Below are positions 10,301-18,982 of a stretch of 64,000 bases of DNA, in pieces. This DNA is from Giardia intestinalis. Its lineage: Eukaryota. Location of the stretch: assembly GCA_000002435.2 (NCBI GenBank), contig CM018789.1. One strand, written 5' to 3'. The stretch's first letter is position 1; each line of letters starts with the position of its first letter. Both the position numbers and the translations under genes were made by a program. The notes under the pieces were generated by a model. It had not been told where the DNA came from. It saw only the letters and a program-made list of their open reading frames with translations, and searched no databases.

Positions 10301-11899
10301 ATGTGCTGGTTGGGCCGCTTAATCTTGTCAGTACAAACTTCTCTCACGATTCAAGCTAGTTGTGATAGTGATGGCATAATTTCCCTAGCAATCAGTTACT
10401 CAGTTCAATCCTTGCCTCAATATTATAACGAGTTGGACGCCTTGAGTCACAACGAGTCGGTGAAATTAGTATCTCAAAGCTTGCACGGATGTAAAGCATC
10501 GCGTTGGACATCACTGGATAAAGGCATGTACCAGTTGAGAATTGGTGCAACTTCTGGCTAACTCTTGAAGGCCCACGCTCCCTAACATGAACGTGGACAA
10601 GGCCAATCCCAGGCTCTGCGCCATATGGGTTTGTCACGAAGTCCTTGCCAGTAGGCACACAAAGCGACTGTTCTTGTCGCTTTTCTCGTGCTGTCGGTCT
10701 TGATTTGTCCTCTATGCGGCGTGGTGCAGTAGACAACCTCACCCCCTATGACCTTCCGTTGCGCAGCTCGTAACTGCTGTACACAATGCGTCTGCAAAGA
10801 GCCGACATGACAACGGCCCTATTTGGATGCTGCCCATGCAGAACCAGGCTTACGACTGCGTCTTGCAGCTATTAGCCGTGTATTCCATTTACTGCTGATT
10901 GCCTGGTCTATTATCACATATCTATGTATTGGCAAAGCAAGGCCCGTCCTTTTCTCGAAGGCAATAAAGCAATCTATTTGATCTACACCTTGCGCCCTTA
11001 AGCATATATCGGAAGACTACAATCAGCTCGTTCTGACTAGACTACATCATGGAAGGCATGAAAGGTCAGTTGGGTTTGTAACATACAGTGACGTAAAGTC
11101 ATTCGCGTCTCTTCAAAGCACCAAAGCAGCCCGCAAAAGTGTTCATTCAGATGGCTTTCTATCTCCATGTGACGATGCTCATGTGGATTTTCAGTACATT
11201 TACAGTGGTATTTCTGTGCGGCTCACATGTCTTATGAAAGTCTATGTTACCGATAGCTGGATGCAGATCTTCCTATTCTGTAAGATATTCATCGTCGTTC
11301 AACGTGTTCATAGCATGACATATCTGGCGTTTGCCTAGTTTGCCAATGCAAGTGCTTTCACTCTATGCTTACAAAAAGCACGAAGCCCAAGGGAGGATGG
11401 CCACAACCCCGAGGAGCGTGTATACAGCTGGCGACTTTAAGGGCCTACGTGAAAAGTACTAATATCCGTCCATGATTGCTCTTACAGTACTTTAATAATA
11501 GGCTAATAATAGATTCCCTGATGGCTATGCAGGATGGTATGTACCACCTGCAATGTTGAAAGATGTCCCAGCATGTACAGAAACACGTTGTGTACCCTAG
11601 AATCTACCAGTGATACTGGTGTGTAGAAGCAATTCATATATAAGAAGCGGTGTGCACAGACTCACTAAGAATGAGGAGGATAATTGGCAAGCAAAATAAG
11701 CTCTTACATTATTTCAAGAAGCATGCATTCACGACTTGGAGCTAAGAATGACGTATAAGTTATTTGAAAGCATAACACACTTAGAGGCAGAGCTGCAAAT
11801 CGCCTTTATCATATACAGGCAGTCACGTGGAACCATGCATGAAGATTCATGTTGTGGCACACCTTCACAGCTTCGTGGTTGGCGTCACGCCCAAGACCT

Positions 11900-12424
11900 C
11901 TAATCATCGGTGAGATCAATAGTGCTATTGCTAAGATCAATGACTGGAACCCGCTTCAGAGCCCGTTGGTGCGCAATGTATCTTACCTCTTGGTAGTAGT
12001 TGTGGCAGGCACGGATTGTAAGTCCAGCGGCCTGGTTAATTCGGTGCGCTTGTGCGTGCCAGACGGGCCCGTGATGCACTCGCTCGAACACCTTCAGTCT
12101 GAAAAGGTAGGCGTGGATCATCTCATGCACCAGCACGTCGAGCAGGTCGTGTTGTGAACGATATTGGAGTAGAGGTGCAGATAGGATAATTACAATAGGA
12201 CTATGCTCTTCTGTTCGCGTCCCTCTGTATTTGCATAGACCTGCAGAACGTGTTAGCCTATTGCTCCAATGAACCACAACATCTCTCAGGCAATTGTCGA
12301 AAAAAGCCTCGTTGAAATGCCTAAAGAGCGCGTGCACATCACCAAAAGGCCAGTGTTGTGTTTCTAGTTCCTGAGAGGTAGGTGGTGGGGCAGCAAAAAA
12401 GTCCAGGAGGGGGTTGCTATCCAT
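11900..12424 (-). CDS. Minimal SprT/Spartan-like zinc metalloprotease (DNA-protein crosslink repair protease family), ~174 aa. The track ORF begins at a GTG at 12697; in-frame ATGs at 12583 and 12565 are alternative starts, but the SprT domain begins right after the ATG at 12424.
   Basis: ...FNEAFFDNCL...WSNRLTRSAGLC...LLDVLVHEMIHAYLF...HGPVWHAQAHRIN...TIRACHNYYQEV closely parallels the human SPRTN core (LLHEMIHAYLF, HGPEF, HRIN). The HExxH motif is present. Confidence 0.65.
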   Translation of the reverse strand: MDSNPLLDFFAAPPPTSQELETQHWPFGDVHALFRHFNEAFFDNCLRDVVVHWSNRLTRSAGLCKYRGTRTEEHSPIVIILSAPLLQYRSQHDLLDVLVHEMIHAYLFRLKVFERVHHGPVWHAQAHRINQAAGLTIRACHNYYQEVRYIAHQRALKRVPVIDLSNSTIDLTDD

Positions 12425-12428
12425 TTTT
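12425..12428. promoter_or_regulatory. Four-nucleotide A/T spacer (TTTT within ccaTTTTTatg) between the divergent start codons of the SprT-like (-) and Nei-like (+) genes; presumed shared bidirectional initiator.
   Basis: Minus ATG at 12424..12422 and plus ATG at 12429..12431. Giardia promoters are short A/T-rich initiators abutting the start codon. Confidence 0.4.
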
Positions 12429-13847
12429 ATGCCAGAGCATCCTGAGGTTCGAGCCTTCGCAGAACGCATAACGTTTGAGGCAGAGCACACTCTCTTTACT
12501 AACGTCTCTACTTCGAGGGCGTGTGTGTATAAGGCCCTCCCACCTTTGTTCCTTGATGATTCCATAAAAGTAGCATTTACCATAAGGTGCGAATCTCGAG
12601 GCAAGCAGCTCCGAGTTGACCTGGCTCGGGCAGCTGATCCACCTAGGAATGAGGCAAAGAGTATTTTTGTGCGTCTGAAAAGAAATACATCTGACACCTC
12701 AGAGACACCCTATGATTTGTGCAAAACAACCGCTTTAAGCCGCCCCTGGGAACACTCAGATCACGCTGTGGCGCTTACCATACCAACCAGTATCGTGATT
12801 GGCCTGGGATTAGCAGGCTGTATCAACACCTTCTTAACCCCAGAGGAAGCTTTGAAGTCTAACGCACATCTCTTGTTTGAGGCATCTGATGCTGTGTTAG
12901 CAGTATGCTCGCCACGGCCAGAGACCATGTACTGGCGAGTAGGAGACTTCGACCATGCACGGTCCCCTGATCCTGTGGCACAGTACCTAGACTATGTGTC
13001 CAAGATACTGTCCAAACTGTCACATATTCCTATAGGTCTTGACGGGTCTTTCATTGTGCCACCCAAGTCGATATTTTCACAACCCATATGCCGGCTTCTT
13101 TTGTCTCAGGAATTGTTCAACGGAGTAGGGAATTACCTACGAGCAGAGGCCATGCACCGACTTCTTATTCACCCTTTCACCCCAAGCGTCTATGTGTTTG
13201 AAGAGCTTATCCATTGGGTTCATGACACCGTGCGAGAAACCCCTCGATTCCACAACTTGAGTAACAAGTGGAGAAGTCTTGCCGAAAAGAATGTCTCTAT
13301 TATCGAGACCAAGTGCCCACTCATCCCGATGATCAGAAGGCTATGTGAGGAGGCCTATGCTGTTCTGGATGATCACAGACTCTTTTCGGAGTGGCTTTTA
13401 TGCTATAAGAAAGCAACTAATTGCATTCTTGATTCCGGGGGCAGAGAAGTTTGGTTCTTCGAAAAGCTAGTCGCAAACAAATCCAGTCATGCAAGTGAGC
13501 ACGGCGATAAGAAGAATTCTGCTGAGAAGCCAGATGCATGTACCCTGTCAGAGCTCATACTGTCCTCTGAACCTAGTCTTAAAAAGGTTGCAGTACAGCA
13601 ACTGGCTACGTCAAACGCAGAAAATGTCATTCTTAATAGCACGGAGAATGATGCTGATGTCAGCCAGCTAGACATCTTGGAATACTCTCGCAAAGACCTC
13701 CTTCGACGAGGCACGGTACTCGACAATCTTCCAATTGATTCTAGAAACGAGTCAGCTAGTCGATGGCAGGACAAGATTGTTCGGAAGAGTACTGTCCAAC
13801 AATTACATGACGCTCGAACGTTTCAAGCAAGCCTCCAGTCGAAGTAA
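12429..13847 (+). CDS. Fpg/Nei-family (NEIL-like) DNA glycosylase/AP lyase, 472 aa. True start is the ATG at 12429 (MPEHPEV...); the track start at 12414 is upstream of it.
   Basis: The N-terminus MPEHPEVRAFAERI matches the Fpg/Nei catalytic Pro2-Glu3 signature (MPELPEV, MPEGPEL). The H2TH motif LLSQELFNGVGNYLRAEAMHRLLIHPFTPS matches E. coli Fpg [26 protein letters not shown]. No C-terminal CxxC zinc finger is seen. Confidence 0.65.
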   Translation: MPEHPEVRAFAERITFEAEHTLFTNVSTSRACVYKALPPLFLDDSIKVAFTIRCESRGKQLRVDLARAADPPRNEAKSIFVRLKRNTSDTSETPYDLCKTTALSRPWEHSDHAVALTIPTSIVIGLGLAGCINTFLTPEEALKSNAHLLFEASDAVLAVCSPRPETMYWRVGDFDHARSPDPVAQYLDYVSKILSKLSHIPIGLDGSFIVPPKSIFSQPICRLLLSQELFNGVGNYLRAEAMHRLLIHPFTPSVYVFEELIHWVHDTVRETPRFHNLSNKWRSLAEKNVSIIETKCPLIPMIRRLCEEAYAVLDDHRLFSEWLLCYKKATNCILDSGGREVWFFEKLVANKSSHASEHGDKKNSAEKPDACTLSELILSSEPSLKKVAVQQLATSNAENVILNSTENDADVSQLDILEYSRKDLLRRGTVLDNLPIDSRNESASRWQDKIVRKSTVQQLHDARTFQASLQSK

Positions 13848-13865
13848 AGCAGAGAGTCCGCGGGC

Positions 13866-14399
13866 CTATATCTGCCTGACCATTATCTTATCATCCAAGG
13901 AGTACAGAAGGTGGTCGCTATACAGCTGTACAATGGGAGGCGGCTCTGTTTCAGAGATGGGCATTGTGCTTCTACAATACTGGTCTACAATCTCTAACTG
14001 ATCAGATACCTTCATGATCGTGTAGTGGTTTGCAAGAAAGAGGGCAGAACGGGCGTTGAGTAATCGTGTAAACGGGGGTTGGTGACACAGCTGGCTGTTC
14101 AACTGTTCAACCCTCTGCACCCTCAGCGGCTGCAGGCTGCCTCTCATGGCCAAGAGGTTGAGCCCGTCGGTTCCGACGGTGTAGAGCACTTGCTTGCAGG
14201 TGAGCGCGGAGTCGAAAATGGGATACGAGGGGGCCAGCTGGGCGTGTGTGTGAAGAAGGGCGTTCCTTATCAGATCCCAGACCTTCACAGACCCGTCGAT
14301 GCTGGTGGAAACCAGCGCGCTGTCGGCGACGTGCAGCGACGTCACCGCGTGGCTGTGAGAAAGGGTCGTGGCGGGGTGGGGCGGAAAAGCGTGCACCAT
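13866..14399 (-). CDS. Small ORF (177 aa) with two WD40-like blades (SIDGSVKVWDL...). It may be a fragmentary or decayed WD-repeat gene. The opposite-strand ORF 14079..14495 is Gly/Arg-rich and likely an artefact.
   Basis: ATG at 14399. WD-like GS..WD motifs are present, but the ORF is too short for a full propeller and the upstream context is GC-rich rather than A/T-rich. Confidence 0.25.
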   Translation of the reverse strand: MVHAFPPHPATTLSHSHAVTSLHVADSALVSTSIDGSVKVWDLIRNALLHTHAQLAPSYPIFDSALTCKQVLYTVGTDGLNLLAMRGSLQPLRVQRVEQLNSQLCHQPPFTRLLNARSALFLANHYTIMKVSDQLEIVDQYCRSTMPISETEPPPIVQLYSDHLLYSLDDKIMVRQI

Positions 14400-14523
14400 G
14401 CGGGAGTCGGACCCGCCCCAACAGCTTGGAAGGCTGTCATGCTAGCCGATACACCAATGGTGCCCGGCGCGCCGCATAAACAGCGGATAAATTAGTATGT
14501 GCTTTGAATGGTCTGGTTCAGAT

Positions 14524-15072
14524 TTACTCGGGATTGGCGGTGCGGATGAACTCGTCGAGGAGGTTCTCCTCTGGGAGCGCACGCCACCGGGTCCGCTCGG
14601 TCCCCCGCAGTGCTTCTTGCTGCCGCTGGAGCCGCTCGATGGTCTCTCGCTCACGAGCTTTGTGTACTCTTGCTTCCTCTGCGTAATTTGTAACGGCATC
14701 GATGAATTGTTTAACACCAGCAAAGGCGGTGCGGATCAGCCGCATCTCTGCAGAATCAGATGGAGGCGCAGGAGTGGTTATGTGACCCTTCTCTAGGAGC
14801 TCTCGCCGCTCTATGGAAATAGCATCCTGCAGGCGGCGCTCATACTTCTCACGCTCAACAGCCTTTTCTCGCCCTTCGCGATTGAGCATAACAGGACCGT
14901 GATCCGTTGTATTCAGGTTCTTGTTGACGATACGGCCAACTGCACTCGTAAGTTGCTCCGCGTCGTTATAGCCTAGATGCTTGCGCTTTGGCTCCCCTTC
15001 ATGTGCTGATGGTTCTGATGCAGAGTCACTGATGCTATCTGGGAGGTAGGAGATGTCTGTGTCCGATGACAT
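14524..15072 (-). CDS. Hypothetical protein, ~182 aa. The track ORF starts at a GTG at 15102; the first ATG is at 15072.
   Basis: ATG preceded by an A/T-rich ctaaaaattgtaatagt. Coding-like composition with a charged helical C-terminal half. No family recognised. Confidence 0.4.
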   Translation of the reverse strand: MSSDTDISYLPDSISDSASEPSAHEGEPKRKHLGYNDAEQLTSAVGRIVNKNLNTTDHGPVMLNREGREKAVEREKYERRLQDAISIERRELLEKGHITTPAPPSDSAEMRLIRTAFAGVKQFIDAVTNYAEEARVHKARERETIERLQRQQEALRGTERTRWRALPEENLLDEFIRTANPE

Positions 15073-15098
15073 ACTATTACAATTTTTAGAAGTGCGTG

Positions 15099-15734
15099 TC
15101 ACCCTACGAGCACAGCAGATCCTTTGATTACATGGTCCTCAACGGCATCGAAGTGGACTGCGAGTTGATCATCTACCGCCACAACAGTCTCTGTATCGAA
15201 AGATGTGATAGTGGTAGCTTGGAGAAAGCGTACAACCACAACCTTGCTACGGAGAAGGATAAGCTGTCGACTAAGGGTTTCGCGGAGCTCCTTTTGGAAG
15301 GAGGCTTCTGGGTCCAATTCTGTTGCATGGTTGGACAGTATGGCTTTAATGGGTTGAAAAATGGTTGTATTGAGCAACTGGTGCGACAACTCAAGAAAGG
15401 CTCTGGCGGCATCCTGCTCATTTTCAGTGAGGTACTTTTGTAGCTCCGTCTGCATATATAGAAATGGCTTATCGCTGAGCTTTGAAAGCCGTAGACGCAC
15501 ATAGTCTTCGAAAATGAAGCGTAGCCGCTCCATGTGTAGGTGAACCATGTCTCTATGAACCTTGTCATACATTGCTATTCTGTCTTGAGATTTCGACAGG
15601 TATTCCTTAACTGTATCAAGCACCTCTTGCTCGCGCGGAAGAACGATGGGACTATAGCGCTCGTTGTTCCACAGCTGCAGAAACCTGTCGTATGCCCGTT
15701 TATTCTGTTCACTGGCCTCAAGTAGCCCGGCCAT
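15099..15734 (-). CDS. SLD5: GINS complex subunit Sld5 (GINS4), 211 aa.
   Basis: FLQLWNNERYSPIVLPREQEVLDTV vs human LEQAWMNEKFAPELLESKPEIVECV. VHLHMERLRFIFEDYVRLRL vs IHQMEMERIRYVLSSYLRCRL. The C-terminal VVVRFLQ...IKGSAVLVG vs VFLRVRE...VASGAVQLI. Confidence 0.7.
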   Translation of the reverse strand: MAGLLEASEQNKRAYDRFLQLWNNERYSPIVLPREQEVLDTVKEYLSKSQDRIAMYDKVHRDMVHLHMERLRFIFEDYVRLRLSKLSDKPFLYMQTELQKYLTENEQDAARAFLELSHQLLNTTIFQPIKAILSNHATELDPEASFQKELRETLSRQLILLRSKVVVVRFLQATTITSFDTETVVAVDDQLAVHFDAVEDHVIKGSAVLVG

Positions 15735-15746
15735 GAGGCAGCTAAT

Positions 15747-16964
15747 TTATTTACTGCAGCTGTCATTGACGTCTGGAGACTGGGGTTGCAGATCTTTATA
15801 TGTGTCCTTCGGCAGTACACACACTCCGAGATAAGCTTCCCGCCATAGATTAAGAAGTTGTCGACATATGGGCCGCAATGACCTATCTAGATCATCAAGT
15901 TCAGGGCGGGATACTGCACTGTTCATTAAAAGTAGCTCATGTCCAGCACCCACAGATGTCAGTAGCCCCATTTTTCTGTCGGAGCCGTGGAGCATAAGGC
16001 TTTGTCGAGCACTATGAAACGCGGAGGATAGTTCCCTTGTGCGTAGATGTGCAGCCAATGAATCAAGTCCTTGCATAATCTTCTTTCCAACAAGCCTACT
16101 CTGGCCAGGCCCCATACAGACCAATACACTTGCACCGTGAAATACCATGAGACTTGCAGACGCAAATGGGGCCAGCGTCTTATTTAAAAGTGGGACGAAA
16201 GCCAAAGCTGCATCTGTCTCACGGCCAGGCTGAACAGGAAATGCTAAGACAGTCTCTGGTATGCGTGTATATGGTGAGATGTATGAGTGTATCCTGTTGT
16301 CGAACAAATTAATGTTCAGTCGCGAGACCGGTTGTTGCCAGAAATCAGTGACCTGGGAGATAGATCCGTGAATATTGTTGCCTGAAAGGGTGTCCATTGC
16401 CTTACTAATATCCACGTCATTACCAGATAGAATGTAGACAGCCTTGGCAGGGTCAAGCAGCTTGTCCGTGAACTCCTTGTATGCTCCATTTTTCATTCGT
16501 CCATAAAGACCAATCTCTGCCAGTATCGGATTCGCCAGGGGGCTATCTCTGAAGACATGATGCAAAACAAGTTCCTTTGCATGCTCGTAAGGCGTAGCAA
16601 GGACCATGATGGCTTCGTGTTGAATATCATCGTACTCGTTGAGCAGAAGGGGAAGAGGACGCTGTGCACGCGGCAGGAGGTCACGAAGCTGCTCAAGACA
16701 ATCTGTGAGAGAGGGGCGATGGAGCTGAGTGTCTCGCGCATCTGCGGTAAATGCAACGTAGTTTTTAGCAGTGAACCCGTTGAGCTCAATCCCAGCATCC
16801 TCTGCGGCAGTTAGCCTCTGAGTGCGGGACAGACCTTGACCAAATGCCATGTGCTCAGCCAAGTGGGTGAAACCAGCAGTCATCGTAGACTCTACCAGCG
16901 GACCACCACTGAAGACCACGGTAGCGGAGGGAAGCGCTCCTGGAACTATGTCACGGATAAGCAT
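15747..16964 (-). CDS. M16-family (insulinase/MPP-type) zinc metallopeptidase with an inverted HxxEH motif, 405 aa. Candidate single-subunit mitosomal processing peptidase (beta-MPP-like).
   Basis: N-terminal GFTHLAEHMAFGQG matches the MPP-beta GTAHFLEHMAFKGT zinc-binding motif. Size and single-domain architecture fit a reduced MPP. Confidence 0.55.
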   Translation of the reverse strand: MLIRDIVPGALPSATVVFSGGPLVESTMTAGFTHLAEHMAFGQGLSRTQRLTAAEDAGIELNGFTAKNYVAFTADARDTQLHRPSLTDCLEQLRDLLPRAQRPLPLLLNEYDDIQHEAIMVLATPYEHAKELVLHHVFRDSPLANPILAEIGLYGRMKNGAYKEFTDKLLDPAKAVYILSGNDVDISKAMDTLSGNNIHGSISQVTDFWQQPVSRLNINLFDNRIHSYISPYTRIPETVLAFPVQPGRETDAALAFVPLLNKTLAPFASASLMVFHGASVLVCMGPGQSRLVGKKIMQGLDSLAAHLRTRELSSAFHSARQSLMLHGSDRKMGLLTSVGAGHELLLMNSAVSRPELDDLDRSLRPICRQLLNLWREAYLGVCVLPKDTYKDLQPQSPDVNDSCSK

Positions 16965-17141
16965 GGCTAGAAATCTAAATTACTATACTTGGAGAAGGAG
17001 CTCTATCCCCGATTGACCAAGAAATGAAATCGCTACAAAATAGCAAGGAGCCCGTTTGCGAGTGGATGAGGCTAACAGTCCTTATTGAAGAACTTTTTGC
17101 CGCACAGAGAGATCTTTGGACTTTTTAATTTTGAAATCTCA

Positions 17142-18734
17142 ATGTCGCCACTTGATGCCTTTGAAGTAGTGCTGCGACTCAATGATCTAACCCATTTGGC
17201 GCCCAAATCCACTGGAAGTGTATGCAAGCTGATGTGGTCCGACTATACAGAGAGGGGCAAGCTGTTTTCTGAGGCCGCCGTGACAACTAAGGATGAACTT
17301 ATTTCCTTCTCTCTTTCGTTTCTGCACAACCCCGCTTCTTCGTCCAGTGCTCTCCTTGCAGCAGTCCTCTTCCGCCTTTCAGACTTCTGCCAGTGGTGCT
17401 CCGATTTCGAACAGAGGCTCATTACAAGACTCGATCCCCAGCTATTCAATCAGTTGGTGGCGTCCTTTGAAAAAGAGAGAAACCTCAATCGGCATGTGTT
17501 GTACTATGAGCGCGGAGACGAGGCCTTCTCCTACACACCTCTGGCAAGTGGAGAAAATCCCATATCCCACAAGTTCACTACGGGGTGCTACCTTTGTGCA
17601 TTAGACACGCTGCTGGCACAGTTAGCTCACAGCGTGACAGTAAGCATGCCCCTCTTCTTCAGTGTGTGTAGAACTGCCGATCGCCTTATGGATATCATAG
17701 CAAACTTCAAGCTAGTATACACACCTCTCATTGAGAAGAGTCTGCCTCTCCTGGCAAAGCTCATGATGAACCCCGTTCTCTTTGCCTTTATTCTCACCGC
17801 AGAGACGTTTGACCACGGATCAGTGGACAGAGCTTACATGGATCAATACGCAGACGACTATTACAACGCCCATGCAGACAGCATGATTACCGGGCTTTCT
17901 GGAGAGCAAGAGCGCCAGACGCTTTCTCCAGGTTCCCCACGGACAGTTGCCGGAAGTAAGCTTCTTCCACTCTTCATTAACATGATAGTCAGCCACCTGC
18001 CACGCGTGAGTAACCAGAAGTCGGTTGAGTTTCCAATAATATATGGCTGCCTTCTTTGCATATGGCTCAGCTCCTTCGTCGAAAAGCGCTCCTTGTTAAC
18101 ACAGGGCATCTTTGTCCTTATCGTAAGGATACTGAACTGTACCATCCTTCAGAATGTTGCTAAAATTGTTCGTCTGTCGCTCAAGATCCTTTTGAACGTT
18201 AGCACTCTCCCCGAGGCGGTAGATTTTATGGCAGCATCCCAGCTGGATGCCGTTCTTGTCGTTATGGAAGGCAAAGGATGGCAGGAGTCTAAGGAAAACC
18301 CCTCAGGATGCATATACACCTTACTCAGGGAGCTCCGTGCCATTCTTGAACAAACTATCAAGAAGGTGACAACCTGGGAAACGTACTTGGCGGAACTTAA
18401 GTCAGATCTTCTTGGGAACACTCCTGTGCACACGAGCGAAGCATTTTGGAAGGCCAATTCGCACAGGCTTCTTGATAATTCCGCCTATGCCCTTAACCGC
18501 CTAGAGCAGATTGGCACGAAGGCATACAAGTCTGACACCAATTCGCTACTTGTCTGCTTGAACGACATTGGGATGTTCTGCATAAGCTACAGCAATGGCA
18601 GAAACGTGGTAGCCCAAATGCCCAACATCAAAGCATTTGTTATGTCCTGTCTGCAGCACGAGGCCGAAACCGTTCGTGACGCTGCCATCGTGACCCTTTC
18701 GAAGGTCCTCGTGGACAACTGGCGCAATGTGTGA
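17142..18734 (+). CDS. VMA13: V-type H+-ATPase subunit H (Vma13/ATP6V1H), ~530 aa. The track start at 17085 is a TTG; the first ATG is at 17142.
   Basis: YLAELKSDLLGNTPVHTSEAFWKANSHRLLDNSAY vs yeast YVAELDSKLLCWSPPHVDNGFWSDNIDEFKKDNY. The C-terminal ...ETVRDAAIVTLSKVLVDNW resembles ...DPEVRYNALLAVQKLMVHNW. Confidence 0.65.
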   Translation: MSPLDAFEVVLRLNDLTHLAPKSTGSVCKLMWSDYTERGKLFSEAAVTTKDELISFSLSFLHNPASSSSALLAAVLFRLSDFCQWCSDFEQRLITRLDPQLFNQLVASFEKERNLNRHVLYYERGDEAFSYTPLASGENPISHKFTTGCYLCALDTLLAQLAHSVTVSMPLFFSVCRTADRLMDIIANFKLVYTPLIEKSLPLLAKLMMNPVLFAFILTAETFDHGSVDRAYMDQYADDYYNAHADSMITGLSGEQERQTLSPGSPRTVAGSKLLPLFINMIVSHLPRVSNQKSVEFPIIYGCLLCIWLSSFVEKRSLLTQGIFVLIVRILNCTILQNVAKIVRLSLKILLNVSTLPEAVDFMAASQLDAVLVVMEGKGWQESKENPSGCIYTLLRELRAILEQTIKKVTTWETYLAELKSDLLGNTPVHTSEAFWKANSHRLLDNSAYALNRLEQIGTKAYKSDTNSLLVCLNDIGMFCISYSNGRNVVAQMPNIKAFVMSCLQHEAETVRDAAIVTLSKVLVDNWRNV

Positions 18735-18982
18735 CGCCCTGGTACGGGCCTTTGCGGGGCCCATGTTTAAGTAAAGGACTGCGTGGATGGGATCCTTCCC
18801 CTTGCTTCTGGTGTACCGTGCGGCAGTCTTTGACAGAGACCACTGCGAGAAGAACTGGTGGTGAGGGTTCACGAGACAGAGTAGGGTAATAAAGAACACA
18901 CCAGAGTAACACAAGGGTGCAGTTTTTTCTCGCCAATTGACTTTGCAAAGGTAATTTACTCGTATCAATTTATAGGTATCGG

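Noticed and set aside
12414-12428. Track-reported N-terminal extensions (MLSIF-MPEHPEV at 12414; MKNFLPH at 17085; MAQNPSF at 31574; MTLVQGIS at 59663; MTRTSKN at 15102; MYQNRS at 29399; MSDVFLF at 12697).
   Set aside because: Direct inspection shows these begin at TTG or GTG codons, which the ORF finder accepts but a eukaryote does not use. The first ATG, usually preceded by an A/T-rich initiator, was used instead. For 12414 the 5-codon extension would also destroy the obligatory N-terminal Pro2 of an Fpg/Nei enzyme.
14079-14495. 138-aa Gly/Arg-rich plus-strand ORF.
   Set aside because: It is antisense to the WD-repeat ORF, starts at a non-canonical codon in the track, and has a low-complexity G/R composition typical of a GC-rich antisense frame.
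18546-18968. 140- and 102-aa minus-strand ORFs overlapping the 3' end of the V-ATPase H gene and the downstream spacer.
   Set aside because: They overlap a strongly supported plus-strand CDS and lack an ATG with A/T-rich context. No motifs.
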